DNA from: an uncultured Desulfovibrionaceae bacterium
GTDB taxonomy: Bacteria; Desulfobacterota; Desulfovibrionia; Desulfovibrionales; Desulfovibrionaceae
Direction of reading: 5' to 3'
Assembly (NCBI GenBank): GCA_949299515.1
Contig: CASGAP010000010.1
Span: 7,621 to 71,620 of the forward strand
DNA: 64,000 nt
The translations under genes and the position numbers were made by a program. The notes under the pieces were generated by a model, which was not told the DNA's origin, ran no database searches, and worked only from the letters and a program-made list of their open reading frames with translations. Of the stretch, positions 1 through 9,807 are shown one piece after another. The first letter of the stretch is position 1, and every line of letters begins with the position of its first letter.

Positions 1-120
1 GCGTGAGCGAGCGGCGGCTTTTTTCCACATTGACGATAAATCCGGCGAAATCCGGCAGGCAGGCATTGGCATAGGCAATGTCTTCTTGGCGTTTCAGGCC
101 GCAGATTTTAATTTTTGTCA
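1..120 (-). CDS. trpF: phosphoribosylanthranilate isomerase TrpF, N-terminal fragment (gene runs off the window)
   Basis: Minus-strand ATG at 120-118 overlaps the trpC stop (108-110). The translation MTKIKICGLKRQEDIAYANACLPDFAGFIV has the KICG start typical of PRAI. It follows trpC in the operon. Confidence 0.8.
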
Positions 121-911
121 TGGCTTTTTCCCTGCAGAGCGGCAAGAAAGGCTTTTTTGTCCGCCGCTTTCATCATGCTTTCGCCGATAAGCACTGCATT
201 GACTTTATGTTCCTGCAGCAGGGCTATGTCTTCGGGGCTGTGTATGCCGCTTTCGGACACGAAAATTTTATCCGCAGGTATGCGGCTGCGCAGGGCAATG
301 CTGTGTCTGACGTCGGTTTGGAAGGTTTTGAGGTTTCTGTTGTTTACTCCGAAAATGCGCGCATTGACTGCAAGTGCCGTGTCTATTTCGTCTTCGGTGT
401 GGGTTTCGGTCAGGGCGGAAAGCTGCAGTTCGTCGCAAAGCGCCAGATATTCCGCAAGCTGTCCTTTGTCCAGTATGGAGCAGATAAGCAGAACGGCGGA
501 AGCGCCGAGGACTTTTGCCTGATAAATCATATAGGCGCTGACGGTAAAATCTTTGCGCAGCACGGGTATATTTACGTTCTGCACGATTTCGCGCAGATAT
601 TCGTCTTTTCCTTTAAAATAGAACGGCTCGGTCAGGCAGGAAATTGCGCTTGCGCCTGCTTCTTCGTATTCCTCGGCTATCTGCACATAGGGAAAATGCT
701 CTGCAATAATTCCTTTGGAAGGCGAGGCTTTTTTTACTTCGCAGATAAATGCCGTACCGTTTTTTTGCAGGGCTTTTTCAAAGGCAAAAGGATTTTTTTC
801 GTTTTTGGCAAGTTCTTCTGCCTGCCTGCGCAGGACGGCAAGCGGAATTTCCCGTTCTTCTTTCTGTATGCGTTCTTTGGTTTTGGCTGTGATTTCGGCT
901 AAAATGTCCAT
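108..911 (-). CDS. trpC: indole-3-glycerol-phosphate synthase
   Basis: 267-aa ORF with CEVKKASPSKG, GVNNRNL and SESGI motifs, in trp operon context. Confidence 0.95.
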   Translation of the reverse strand: MDILAEITAKTKERIQKEEREIPLAVLRRQAEELAKNEKNPFAFEKALQKNGTAFICEVKKASPSKGIIAEHFPYVQIAEEYEEAGASAISCLTEPFYFKGKDEYLREIVQNVNIPVLRKDFTVSAYMIYQAKVLGASAVLLICSILDKGQLAEYLALCDELQLSALTETHTEDEIDTALAVNARIFGVNNRNLKTFQTDVRHSIALRSRIPADKIFVSESGIHSPEDIALLQEHKVNAVLIGESMMKAADKKAFLAALQGKSHDKN

Positions 912-918
912 ATGTTCC

Positions 919-1929
919 CTACCTGCTGCTTTCTGTTATGAAATTTTGCAGTTTGCCGAACGCCGCGCCGCTGTCGATAAGGCTTTCGGCAAGGCGTACG
1001 CCGTCGGCTATATTGTCTGCTTTGCCGCCGATGTAAAATGCCGCTCCCGCATTGAGGCAGACTGTCTGGCGTTTGGGGCCTTTTTCTTTGCCCTGCAGAA
1101 TGGCTTTGGTAATCTCGGCGTTTTCCTGCGGCGTACCTCCGGCAAGGTCTTGTTTTTGGCAGTATGTATAGCCGAACTGTTCTGGATTGATTTCGTATTT
1201 TTGGAACCAGCCGTTGCGGATTTCGCAGACCGTTGTGGGCGCGGAAAGGGAAATTTCGTCAAGCTTGTCTTGTCCGTATACGACCATGCCGTGGGTTACG
1301 CCCAGTTTGCCCATAACCTGTGCCAGCGGTTCCACGAGGGAGGCGTCGTATACGCCCATAAGTTCGCGGTTGGCGCCCGCAGGATTGGACAGGGGGCCGA
1401 GTATGTTGAATACGGTGCGTATGCCGAGTTCCTTGCGTATGGGCGCCACGTATTTCATGGCAATATGGTAGTTTTGGGCAAACAGAAAGCAGATATTGAT
1501 TTTTTTGAGCAGTTCCGTGCTTTTTTCCGGTGAAATGCCAATATTGACGCCCAAGGCTTCCAGCACGTCGGCCGCGCCGCATTTGGAACTGGCGGCTCTG
1601 TTGCCGTGTTTGGCTACGGGCACGCCGCCTGCGGCAATGACCAGGGCGGCCGTGGTGGAGATGTTGAAGGAATTGGCGCCGTCGCCCCCTGTGCCCACTA
1701 TTTCCAGCACGTCCATATCATGGAGCAGTTTAATGCAGTGTGCGCGCATACCTTTGGCTGACGCGGTGATTTCGTCAATGGTTTCGCCTTTGAGGGAAAG
1801 GGCCGTGAGATAGGCGGACGTCTGTACCGGGCTTGTTTCGCCGCTCATGATTTCGTTCATTACCGCTTCCGCTTCTTCGCTGCTGAGATCCTGCTTTTGT
1901 GACAGTTTGATGATTGCTTCTCGTATCAT
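919..1929 (-). CDS. trpD: anthranilate phosphoribosyltransferase
   Basis: 336-aa ORF with GTGGDG and [21 protein letters not shown] motifs. Confidence 0.95.
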   Translation of the reverse strand: MIREAIIKLSQKQDLSSEEAEAVMNEIMSGETSPVQTSAYLTALSLKGETIDEITASAKGMRAHCIKLLHDMDVLEIVGTGGDGANSFNISTTAALVIAAGGVPVAKHGNRAASSKCGAADVLEALGVNIGISPEKSTELLKKINICFLFAQNYHIAMKYVAPIRKELGIRTVFNILGPLSNPAGANRELMGVYDASLVEPLAQVMGKLGVTHGMVVYGQDKLDEISLSAPTTVCEIRNGWFQKYEINPEQFGYTYCQKQDLAGGTPQENAEITKAILQGKEKGPKRQTVCLNAGAAFYIGGKADNIADGVRLAESLIDSGAAFGKLQNFITESSR

Positions 1930-1938
1930 GGTTGTCCC

Positions 1939-2514
1939 CTATTGCTGTATGTATGAAAAAAAGTTTTGGATCATGGTTTCCCCATTTGGGGTCATAATGG
2001 ATTCCGGGTGGAACTGTACGCCGAAAACAGGCAGGTTTTCGTGGTATACTGCCATAATTTCGTTGTCGCTGCTGACGGCGGCGATTTTCAGGCAGGCGGG
2101 CAGGCTTTCTTTGCGGGCGGCAAGGGAATGGTAGCGCGCCGCTTCGATTTCCTGCGGCATACCGCGGAAAATCGGACAGTCTGCGTCAATTTGTATGCGG
2201 TCTTTTTTGCCGTGCATGAGTTTTGCCGCGTAGGAAACCACGCCGCCGAAGGCTTCGCATATGGCCTGGTGGCCGAGGCAGACGCCGAATATGGGCACTG
2301 CCGGCGCAAGTTTTTGGATAAGTTCGATGCATATGCCGGCTTCGCCCGGTTTTCCGGGGCCCGGTGAAAGGAAAATGGCCTGCGGTTTGAGGGCGGCGAT
2401 TTCCTGTACGCTTTTTTCGTTGTTGCGCAGCACAAGGATATCGCTGTTGAATTTTCCGATCAAGTGGTATAGGTTATAGGAAAAACTGTCGTAATTATCT
2501 ATCAGAAGTATCAT
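1939..2514 (-). CDS. trpG: anthranilate synthase component II (glutamine amidotransferase)
   Basis: 191-aa ORF with the class-I GATase triad context GVCLGHQ and FHPES. It overlaps the trpE stop by 20 nt. Confidence 0.93.
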   Translation of the reverse strand: MILLIDNYDSFSYNLYHLIGKFNSDILVLRNNEKSVQEIAALKPQAIFLSPGPGKPGEAGICIELIQKLAPAVPIFGVCLGHQAICEAFGGVVSYAAKLMHGKKDRIQIDADCPIFRGMPQEIEAARYHSLAARKESLPACLKIAAVSSDNEIMAVYHENLPVFGVQFHPESIMTPNGETMIQNFFSYIQQ

Positions 2515-3988
2515 CTGCCAGCTCCTTTGCCCGCTGAATTGCCAGCATGACTGCTTTGGCTTTGTTTTGGCATTCTAAAAATTCGCTTTCGGGATTGCTG
2601 TCGTATACAATGCCTGCACCGGACTGCACGCAGAGGGTATCGCCTTTTTTGTAGGCCAGGCGTATGGCAATGCAGGTGTCCATATTGCCGGAAAAATCTA
2701 TGTAGCCGATTGCGCCGCCGTAAATGCCGCGTTTGTATTGTTCCAGTTCCTGAATGATTTCGCAGGCGCGTATTTTGGGGGCTCCGGAAAGCGTGCCCGC
2801 AGGCAGCACGGCTGCAATGGCGTCCAGGGCGTCTTTGTCTTCCGCGATTTCGCCGACAACCGTGGAGCCTATGTGCATGACATGGGAAAAACGCTGTACG
2901 GAAAGGAAGTTTTCCACGCTTACGGAACCCAGTCTGCTGATTTTTCCAAGGTCGTTTCTGCCTAAATCCACAAGCATGGTGTGTTCGGCAAGTTCTTTTT
3001 CGTCGTGCAGGAGTTCTTCTTCAAGTTTTTTGTCTTCTTCCGCACTTGCGCCGCGTTTTCGCGTGCCGGCAAGGGGAAAGGTTGCAAGTTTGCCGTTTTC
3101 GAGGCGCACCAGGGTTTCGGGTGAGGCTCCCGCTATTTCCAGATTGTCGCCGGAAAAGTAAAACATATAGGGCGAGGGATTGCTTGCGCGCAGGACGCGG
3201 TAGGTATCGAAAAGCGAGCCCTGGGCCTTGGCTGTCAGGGGATTGGAAAGCACTGCCTGGAAAATATCCCCTTCAAAAATATGCTTTTTGGCTTTTTCCA
3301 CCATGGCCGTAAAGCGGTTTTTGTCAAAACGCATGGCAAGGCCGTCTTGCAGTTCCAGAGGGGGTATGGCGGATTTTTTTGGGTTTTTGACCAAAGCTTT
3401 CATTTTTTCCAGCCGTTTTAATCCGTTTTGATAATTTTCTTCAAGATTTCCCTGCAGAGAAATGTTGGTGATTAAAATAAGCTGCTGTTTGTAATGGTCA
3501 AAAACAAACACATCTTTGAACAGCATAAGGTCGATGTCTTTGACGTCGGCATTTTCCGGGGAATCCAGTTTGAGGCTCGGTTCGGCGTACTTTATGCAGT
3601 CGTAAGCGAAAAAGCCCACAAGGCCGCCGGTGAAAGGAGGCATATCTTCCAGTTTCGGGCTTTTGTACCGCGCAAGCAGTGAGCGGATATACTCAAAGGG
3701 ATTTTGGCAGACTGCGGCTTTTTCGGCGCGGGACTGCGTACTTTGGCGGAGAAAAATTTCATGGTTTGCCGCGGTGATTTCCAGTTCCGGATCATAGCCC
3801 AAAAAAGACCATCGGCCCCATTTTTGGTCTTGGCAGGCGCTTTCGAGCAGATAGCAGGCTTTGTTTTCCGCCCGCAGGGTACGCATAAGTTCAATGGGGG
3901 TAATGCTGTCGGAAAAGACTGCGGCAGTAAGGGGATAGAGCTGAAAACTGCCGGCATGGGCACGGATTTGGTCTAATGGGGCATTCAT
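2495..3988 (-). CDS. trpE: anthranilate synthase component I
   Basis: Chorismate-binding enzyme motifs (LLESA, GGAIGYIDFSGNMDTCIAIR, GAGIVYDSNPESE). I chose the ATG at 3988 (MNAPLDQ) because the SD AAGGGAG at 4000-3994 precedes it. The longer ORF start at 4027 lies inside the leader hairpins. Confidence 0.93.
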   Translation of the reverse strand: MNAPLDQIRAHAGSFQLYPLTAAVFSDSITPIELMRTLRAENKACYLLESACQDQKWGRWSFLGYDPELEITAANHEIFLRQSTQSRAEKAAVCQNPFEYIRSLLARYKSPKLEDMPPFTGGLVGFFAYDCIKYAEPSLKLDSPENADVKDIDLMLFKDVFVFDHYKQQLILITNISLQGNLEENYQNGLKRLEKMKALVKNPKKSAIPPLELQDGLAMRFDKNRFTAMVEKAKKHIFEGDIFQAVLSNPLTAKAQGSLFDTYRVLRASNPSPYMFYFSGDNLEIAGASPETLVRLENGKLATFPLAGTRKRGASAEEDKKLEEELLHDEKELAEHTMLVDLGRNDLGKISRLGSVSVENFLSVQRFSHVMHIGSTVVGEIAEDKDALDAIAAVLPAGTLSGAPKIRACEIIQELEQYKRGIYGGAIGYIDFSGNMDTCIAIRLAYKKGDTLCVQSGAGIVYDSNPESEFLECQNKAKAVMLAIQRAKELADDTSDR

Positions 3989-4400
3989 ATAATCTCCCTT
4001 GTCAGGGAAAAAAAATGTCCCTGACAATATGTAAAAATAGAGTCAAGGACGGAAAAATCCGCGGTGCCACCTTGATTCACGGCAAAAGCCGTGCGCTTTG
4101 TAAGGTACTGACATACCTCTGACACGTAACGCCTGTCCTGCGTCGCATGATACTAAGCTGCCGAAATACCTGCAAAAGCTTGTGACAAATTCTGTGAGGA
4201 AATAAAAATTTTGTCTGTCTGCTTTCGGAACCTGATGTCCGTTTTGTTTGTAAACGGTTTTGGCAGGCTGTGTATTTTCTGCGGCGTTTCCCTGCGCCCT
4301 CTGCGGCCCATTTATGCAGCCCGCTGTCGGCTTGGATCTCAGCCACCCAAACTCTCTGTGCGTGCTGACAGCTGCTTTTACTTCCGCATCAACGGTTTCT
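3989..4400 (-). promoter_or_regulatory. T-box riboswitch leader with a probable Trp (UGG) specifier, controlling trpEGDCF
   Basis: Minus-strand elements occur in canonical order:
- UGAUG (4391-4387) and GAAGUA (4384-4379), the GA/K-turn
- CAGAGAG (4358-4352) and GGUGGCUGAGA (4347-4337), the AG bay and distal loop
- specifier loop AUAAA-UGG-G, with UGG at 4310-4308
- T-box sequence AAUCAAGGUGGCACCGCG (4077-4060)
- CGUCCUUGA closing an antiterminator with a UGGCACC bulge
- a competing terminator: GUCCUUGAC (4050-4042) pairing with GUCAGGGAC (4025-4017), followed by U8 (4015-4008). Confidence 0.8.
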
Positions 4401-4403
4401 TGT

Positions 4404-4433
4404 TATATACCGCAATGTGTAAAAAAATGTCAA
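4404..4433 (-). promoter_or_regulatory. sigma70-type promoter of the trp leader
   Basis: TTGACA (4433-4428), an 18-nt spacer, then TATATA (4409-4404), immediately upstream of the T-box stem I. Confidence 0.55.
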
Positions 4434-4613
4434 TACCGTATGTGCGGATTTTTTTTGTAACTATTGATAAAATAATATGTTATATTTAAAAATTTTTTAT
4501 TTTTTTAATATATGTTCATTATTATTACAAAAATGTAAACAATAAAATGCTGGCGCGAATTGTTTTTTTTTAGTATCATTAATAGAGAATATATTGAAAA
4601 ATTGGGGTTTTTG

Positions 4614-6572
4614 ATGAAAAAACTTTTTGTGCATATATGGTATGTATTTTGGTTTGCCGTGCTTTTTCCCTGCGGTGCTTTTGCCGTGGAGCCTGCTCCC
4701 TACGGCGTGAATATGTCTTGGGTGCTGGGACAGGAAAAAGCCGTGCTGTGTTTTGAGCTTATGCCTGCGCAGGGGTATTATACTTACGCGCCGCACCAGA
4801 AAAACGTCTATCCTACGGAAATCAGGCTGCGGCCGCCGAGTTCGGACTGTTCCGTTGTTTTCCCCGAAGGGCAGTGGAAGCACGATGCCGTAACCATGCA
4901 GAACGTACGGGTTTTTGCCGGGACGTTCAGAATATATGTTTTGTTTGCGGAGCATCGTCCCGCGGGAGAAGCGGAGCTTTCCCTGCTGGCCTGTTCGGCG
5001 GAGCATTGTCTGCCGTTTTCCCTGCGGAGAAATCTTGCGGATATTCCGGCAATAGATTTTGAAACCTTCAGATATAAAAAAGAACTGCACGCGCTTTTGT
5101 ATGCCGAGCAAGAAAATTTGCTTGCGCCGGAACAAAGGGATACGGCAAAAGAAATTCCCGCAAGGGTTTCTGTGTCCGCAGATAAAGCAGCTCCGTCTTT
5201 GACCGCCGCGCAAAGCGGGCAGCAGAATATGCTTGCCGTACAAGGGCCCGCGCAAGGGGCTGCGCAGGAAGACGGTTTGGCGGCGTTTTCCCTGGAAAAT
5301 CTGCAAAAAAAAGCTGCGCAGGCTGAAAAGGAAGGAGCGGCGGATTCTGATGATTATGCGTTTGCCGTCCGTTCTTTCGCTCCTGAACTGGAAGTGCGGG
5401 GACTGGCAAAAGCGCTGTTTTTTGGGTTGCTTGCCGGTTTTATTTTGAATTTTATGCCGTGCGTTCTGCCTGTTGCGGCGCTGAAAATCCATGCTTTTTT
5501 GGGACGCGGGGACGACTCGGGCAGCACGGTGTTTCGGCAGCAAATGCTGTTTTTTGCCTGCGGCATTATGGTTTGGTTTGCGGTTTTGGCGGTTTTGCTC
5601 GGTTTGCTGGGCTTTACGTGGGGACAGCTTTTTCAGGAATATTGGCTAATGCTTGCCGTGTGCCTTGTTGTTTTTGTGCTGGGTCTGTCGCTTTTCGGCG
5701 TATTTCAGCTGCCGGTGCTTAATCTGCGCGCTGCTGCGGCGGACAATATTAAGCTTGATTCGTTTCTGAGCGGTTTTTTGGCTACGGTTTTGGCAACGCC
5801 CTGCAGCGGCCCTTTGCTCGGCGGCGTGCTCGGCTTTGCGCTGACCCAGCCCCTATATGCCGTGCTGCTGATTTTTTTGTGCATGGGCTTTGGCATGGCT
5901 TTGCCGTATGTGCTGTTTGCGTGCAGTCCCGCTCTTGTGCGCTTTATGCCCCGCGCGGGAAACTGGCTTTTGGCCATGGAAAGGATTTTGGCGTTTTTCC
6001 TTATGGGTACGGCAATTTATCTCTTTTCGCTGCTGCCTGCGTTTTTGCACACCAAAACCTTGGTTTTTGCGCTGTGTCTGACCGTATGCCTTTATGTGTG
6101 GAGCAGGTGGGCAAAAAACCGTTTCGGCGGTATTAAGCGGTTTGCGGCAGGTATCGGGCTTATATCGGGGTGTGCCTGCATTTTTGTGCTGTTGTTTATA
6201 CAGCCTTTGTTTAAGGAAGAAAAAACGTATTGGACGGCATTTTCCAAACAGGAATTTTTGGCGGAGCTCGGCACAAAAACTTTGGTGCTGAAATTTACCG
6301 CCGACTGGTGCCCCACTTGCAAAGTGCTGGAAAAAACGGTATTCACACAGGAAAATATGGAAAAACTGGCAAAAGACTCCGTGCGGTTTGTGCTGGTTGA
6401 TATGACGCGTTTTGACGAGGAAACGCAGAATTTGCTGACGGCTCTCGGCAGCGCCAGCATACCGCTGCTGGCAGTTTTTCCCGAAAATTCGCCGTATAGT
6501 CCCATAATTATACGGGATATTTATACTTTTAATACCGTGCGCGGGGCATTGGAAAAAGCCGCGGCAGAGTGA
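4614..6572 (+). CDS. dsbD: thiol:disulfide interchange protein DsbD-like (N-terminal periplasmic domain, CcdA-type membrane core, C-terminal thioredoxin)
   Basis: Signal peptide MKKLFVHIWYVFWFAVLFPCGAFA after the ATG at 4614. Other motifs are CSAEHC in the N-terminal domain, membrane Cys motifs FMPCVLP and TPCSGP, and a C-terminal WCPTC thioredoxin motif. Confidence 0.85.
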   Translation: MKKLFVHIWYVFWFAVLFPCGAFAVEPAPYGVNMSWVLGQEKAVLCFELMPAQGYYTYAPHQKNVYPTEIRLRPPSSDCSVVFPEGQWKHDAVTMQNVRVFAGTFRIYVLFAEHRPAGEAELSLLACSAEHCLPFSLRRNLADIPAIDFETFRYKKELHALLYAEQENLLAPEQRDTAKEIPARVSVSADKAAPSLTAAQSGQQNMLAVQGPAQGAAQEDGLAAFSLENLQKKAAQAEKEGAADSDDYAFAVRSFAPELEVRGLAKALFFGLLAGFILNFMPCVLPVAALKIHAFLGRGDDSGSTVFRQQMLFFACGIMVWFAVLAVLLGLLGFTWGQLFQEYWLMLAVCLVVFVLGLSLFGVFQLPVLNLRAAAADNIKLDSFLSGFLATVLATPCSGPLLGGVLGFALTQPLYAVLLIFLCMGFGMALPYVLFACSPALVRFMPRAGNWLLAMERILAFFLMGTAIYLFSLLPAFLHTKTLVFALCLTVCLYVWSRWAKNRFGGIKRFAAGIGLISGCACIFVLLFIQPLFKEEKTYWTAFSKQEFLAELGTKTLVLKFTADWCPTCKVLEKTVFTQENMEKLAKDSVRFVLVDMTRFDEETQNLLTALGSASIPLLAVFPENSPYSPIIIRDIYTFNTVRGALEKAAAE

Positions 6573-7366
6573 TTATGCAGGAAAAAAACGAAGATTTGCA
6601 CAGTGTCTGTTCCCGATTGCTGGAACTGCTTTTGGATATGACGGTAACGCTAGTCTGTTCCGGGTCGCACACGGGCAAAACCATACGTATTCTTAAGCGT
6701 TTTGCCAAGGCTTACGGGTTTGAACTGTATGTGATGATGCAGACAAAAAGCGTTATTCTGACTCTTTTGTACGCTGAAGACCATACCATACAGCAGACGG
6801 CCACGCGCCACATTCCGGGACTTGCGCTTAATTTTTATGTTCAGAATATGCTCAGCCGTCTTAGCTGGACAGTGTTTGACAACGGCATGGATCTTGCCGA
6901 GCTGGACGCAAAATACCACGGAATTATCGCTGTCAGGCGCTATCCGTATTTTTTGGTTTTGGCTGCCGCGGCTTTTGCCAATATGGCTTTTTGCCGTCTG
7001 TTTGGGGGTGATGTGTATTCCATGTTTTTTGTGCTGCTCGGCACGGCCGCGGCGTATTATACGCGCACGCTGCTGCAGCGCAGGGAAATCAATCATTTGT
7101 TTGTTATTGTCATTACGGCTTTTGTCAGTTCCGTTATTGCCGGCTGTACGGAATTTTTTGCTTTGGGGCAGACGGCGTCCATTGCGCTGGCCACAAGTGT
7201 TTTGTTTCTTATTCCCGGTGTGCCGCTGATTAATTCCCTTATCGAAATTTTGGAAGGGCATATTCTGAACGGCATTGAGAAGCTTATGGGCTGCTGTACC
7301 GTAATTGTCTGCATTGCTTTGGGATTATTGTTAACCTTAGTTGTTTTGGGGTTGGAAAATTTATGA
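6569..7366 (+). CDS. threonine/serine exporter family protein (ThrE/YjjP-like subunit)
   Basis: 265-aa polytopic membrane ORF, start overlapping the dsbD stop. It is paired with a YjjB-like partner as in other bacteria. The start is ambiguous (GTG 6569 or ATG 6575). Confidence 0.75.
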   Translation: MIMQEKNEDLHSVCSRLLELLLDMTVTLVCSGSHTGKTIRILKRFAKAYGFELYVMMQTKSVILTLLYAEDHTIQQTATRHIPGLALNFYVQNMLSRLSWTVFDNGMDLAELDAKYHGIIAVRRYPYFLVLAAAAFANMAFCRLFGGDVYSMFFVLLGTAAAYYTRTLLQRREINHLFVIVITAFVSSVIAGCTEFFALGQTASIALATSVLFLIPGVPLINSLIEILEGHILNGIEKLMGCCTVIVCIALGLLLTLVVLGLENL

Positions 7367-7881
7367 GCGCGGCGCAGGTTTTTCTTGTTTTGGAAGATAT
7401 GTTTTTTTCTTTTATCGCTTCCTGCGGTTTTGGTGCGCTTTCCAATCCGCCGTTTCGGGGTCTGCTTGCCGCGGGCTGTCTGGGGGCGTTCGGGCACGGT
7501 TTTCGGTATTTTTTGCTGAATTTCTGCGGCCTGCATATTGTGCCCGCTTCGTTTTTGGCGGCGCTCGGCATCGGGTTTCTGGCATATTTCGCGGCACAGA
7601 GAATGCAGATGTTTATCGAGGTGCTGACGTTTCCTGCGGTTTTGCCGATGATTCCGGGAGTTCCTGCTTATAATACCATGATATCGCTGGTTAAATTTTT
7701 AAATGCCAGTCCTGAATCGGGACACGGATATCTTGTGCAGGTTTTTTATAACGGTTTTTTGGCGCTTTTTGTGCTTTCAGCCCTTGTTTTGGGCATTTTG
7801 TGTCCGCATCTTATGTTCAGCAGGCGCTGCTGGGAATTTACCCGCAGGCCGTCTGAAAACCCGCATAAAAAAATTAATTAA
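7363..7881 (+). CDS. threonine/serine exporter family protein (ThrE_2/YjjB-like subunit)
   Basis: 172-aa hydrophobic ORF with an ATGA overlap onto the preceding gene. Confidence 0.75.
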   Translation: MSAAQVFLVLEDMFFSFIASCGFGALSNPPFRGLLAAGCLGAFGHGFRYFLLNFCGLHIVPASFLAALGIGFLAYFAAQRMQMFIEVLTFPAVLPMIPGVPAYNTMISLVKFLNASPESGHGYLVQVFYNGFLALFVLSALVLGILCPHLMFSRRCWEFTRRPSENPHKKIN

Positions 7882-7979
7882 TTTTCCAATAAATCACTTG
7901 AGTTATAACGAAAAATAATATAGCTTGACGAAGGCTTCCGCTGGGGCGGAAGCCCTATATCAGATGTTGGAAGTGAGCT

Positions 7980-9731
7980 ATGTTTAAAGCGTTGGCGAGA
8001 GTTGTTAATCAGGTGCGTTTCCGTATTTCCCACAGAAATACGTTTTCCCACCTTAATAAGGAAGCGGAACTCAACAAGCATTTTGACCCTCTGTATCCCA
8101 AAATTTTCCAGGTTCTGCGCGGGGCGTACGGGGTTGACGATTTTCTCAAGGATATTTTGGCGGGCATAACCGTCGGTATTGTGGCCATGCCGCTTGCCAT
8201 GGCATTTGCCATCGGTTCTGGGGTAAATCCGCTGCAGGGCTTGTATACTGCCGTTATTGCCGGTGTGCTGATCGGTTTTTTGGGCGGCAGCCGTTTTCAG
8301 GTCAGCGGGCCTACGGGGGCTTTTGTTATTATTATCTACGGTATCGTGTACAGACACGGATATGACGGTTTGGTGCTGACAACGTTTATGGCAGGCTGTC
8401 TGCTTGTGCTTGCCGGCTTTTTCAGACTCGGTTCCATTATCAAATATATTCCCTATCCTGTAACCACAGGGTTTACCGCAGGCATAGCCCTGACCATTTT
8501 TTCTTCGCAGATGGGTGATTTTTTCGGTTTGTCCCTGCAGAACGTTCCGCCGGACTTTATTTCCAAATGGGCTCTGTATTTGTCCGAAATTACCAATCTT
8601 CATCCCATGACGTTTGGTATTGCCGTTGGCACGCTCGTAATTATGGGCCTTGTGCGTACGTATGCGCCGCGTGTTCCCGCGCCTGTTGTGGGTGTTCTTA
8701 TCGGCGGTTTGGTGGTGTGGCTTTTCGGGCTGCCCGTGGAAACCATTGCCGGCCGTTACGGTGCCATTCCCGCAGAGCTTCCGAGTTTCCGCGCCATAGA
8801 TTTTTCTTTTGAACGCGTTTCCGAACTGCTGCCGGACGCCATTACCATTGCCATTTTGGCAGGGCTTGAATCTTTGCTTACCTGTGTTGTTGCCGACAGT
8901 ATGACAGGCGACCGTCACTACTCCAATATGGAGCTTATTGCCCAGGGCACCGGCAATATTGCCTGTTCCCTGTTCGGCGGCATTCCCGCCACCGGCGCCA
9001 TTGCCCGCACCGCAACCAATATCAGCAGCGGTGCCAGAAGTCCGCTTTCGGCCATTATCCACGGCATAACCGTACTTGCCTTTGTTTTGTGGCTTTCTCC
9101 GCTCACTTCCGCCATTCCGCTGGCCTGTCTTGCCGCGGTTATGGTGATTACTTCATACGGTATGCTGGAAATCAACGCAATAAAAAATATTCTGCGCGGT
9201 CCCAAATCTGACTGGTCCATTATGCTGTTGACTTTTTTGCTGACTGTGCTGGTGGATTTGACCGTTGCCGTGTACGTGGGCGTGCTGCTTGCTTCGCTTC
9301 TTTTTATGCGCCGCATGAGTGCCATGAGCTCCATTGAGGCTTTGGACGAGCATGAAATTGTCCGCGATTATGACGAATCCCTTATCAACCAGGACGATTT
9401 GCCTCAGGGCGTGTTTGTATATTCCATTTCCGGCCCGTTCTTTTTCGGCATGGTGGACAGGTTCCAGAATATTTTTATGCGCCATAACAGCGATATTAAA
9501 GTGTATATTTTGTATATGCGCGACGTTCCCGCCATTGACGCAACGGGTATTCATGTGCTGGAGGCTTTTCTTTCCCACAGAAATTCCAAAAACTTCCATG
9601 TAATTTTGGCCAACCCGCCGGCACGGACAAGGAGAATATTGAAAAAAATGGGCATTATGAACGCTCTCGGCGAAAACAATATTTGTCACAGTCTGAAAGC
9701 TGCCATAACAAGAGCGGAACATTTGTTATAA
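7980..9731 (+). CDS. SulP family anion (sulfate) permease with C-terminal STAS domain
   Basis: 583-aa ORF. The N-terminal SulP motif region is ILAGITVGIVAMPLAMAFAIGSGV. It has many TM segments, and the C-terminal ~130 aa look STAS-like (FVYSISGPFFFG). Confidence 0.88.
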   Translation: MFKALARVVNQVRFRISHRNTFSHLNKEAELNKHFDPLYPKIFQVLRGAYGVDDFLKDILAGITVGIVAMPLAMAFAIGSGVNPLQGLYTAVIAGVLIGFLGGSRFQVSGPTGAFVIIIYGIVYRHGYDGLVLTTFMAGCLLVLAGFFRLGSIIKYIPYPVTTGFTAGIALTIFSSQMGDFFGLSLQNVPPDFISKWALYLSEITNLHPMTFGIAVGTLVIMGLVRTYAPRVPAPVVGVLIGGLVVWLFGLPVETIAGRYGAIPAELPSFRAIDFSFERVSELLPDAITIAILAGLESLLTCVVADSMTGDRHYSNMELIAQGTGNIACSLFGGIPATGAIARTATNISSGARSPLSAIIHGITVLAFVLWLSPLTSAIPLACLAAVMVITSYGMLEINAIKNILRGPKSDWSIMLLTFLLTVLVDLTVAVYVGVLLASLLFMRRMSAMSSIEALDEHEIVRDYDESLINQDDLPQGVFVYSISGPFFFGMVDRFQNIFMRHNSDIKVYILYMRDVPAIDATGIHVLEAFLSHRNSKNFHVILANPPARTRRILKKMGIMNALGENNICHSLKAAITRAEHLL

Positions 9732-9746
9732 ATATAAATAGGTTAC

Positions 9747-9787
9747 AAAAAACTTACAGTTTTGATAAAAAATTGTAAGTTTTTTTG
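9747..9787 (+). terminator. rho-independent terminator after the SulP gene
   Basis: Stem ACTTACA / TGTAAGT followed by T6, flanked by an A-run (could act on both strands). Confidence 0.6.
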
Positions 9788-9807
9788 TTTTATGCTACAT
9801 ATGGCAT

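Noticed and set aside
3989-4027. N-terminal extension of trpE (MSGTFFFPDKGDY) given by the longest ORF.
   Set aside because: The extension would be translated from the U-tract and hairpin of the T-box expression platform, and it has no SD. The ATG at 3988 has AAGGGAG at ideal spacing.
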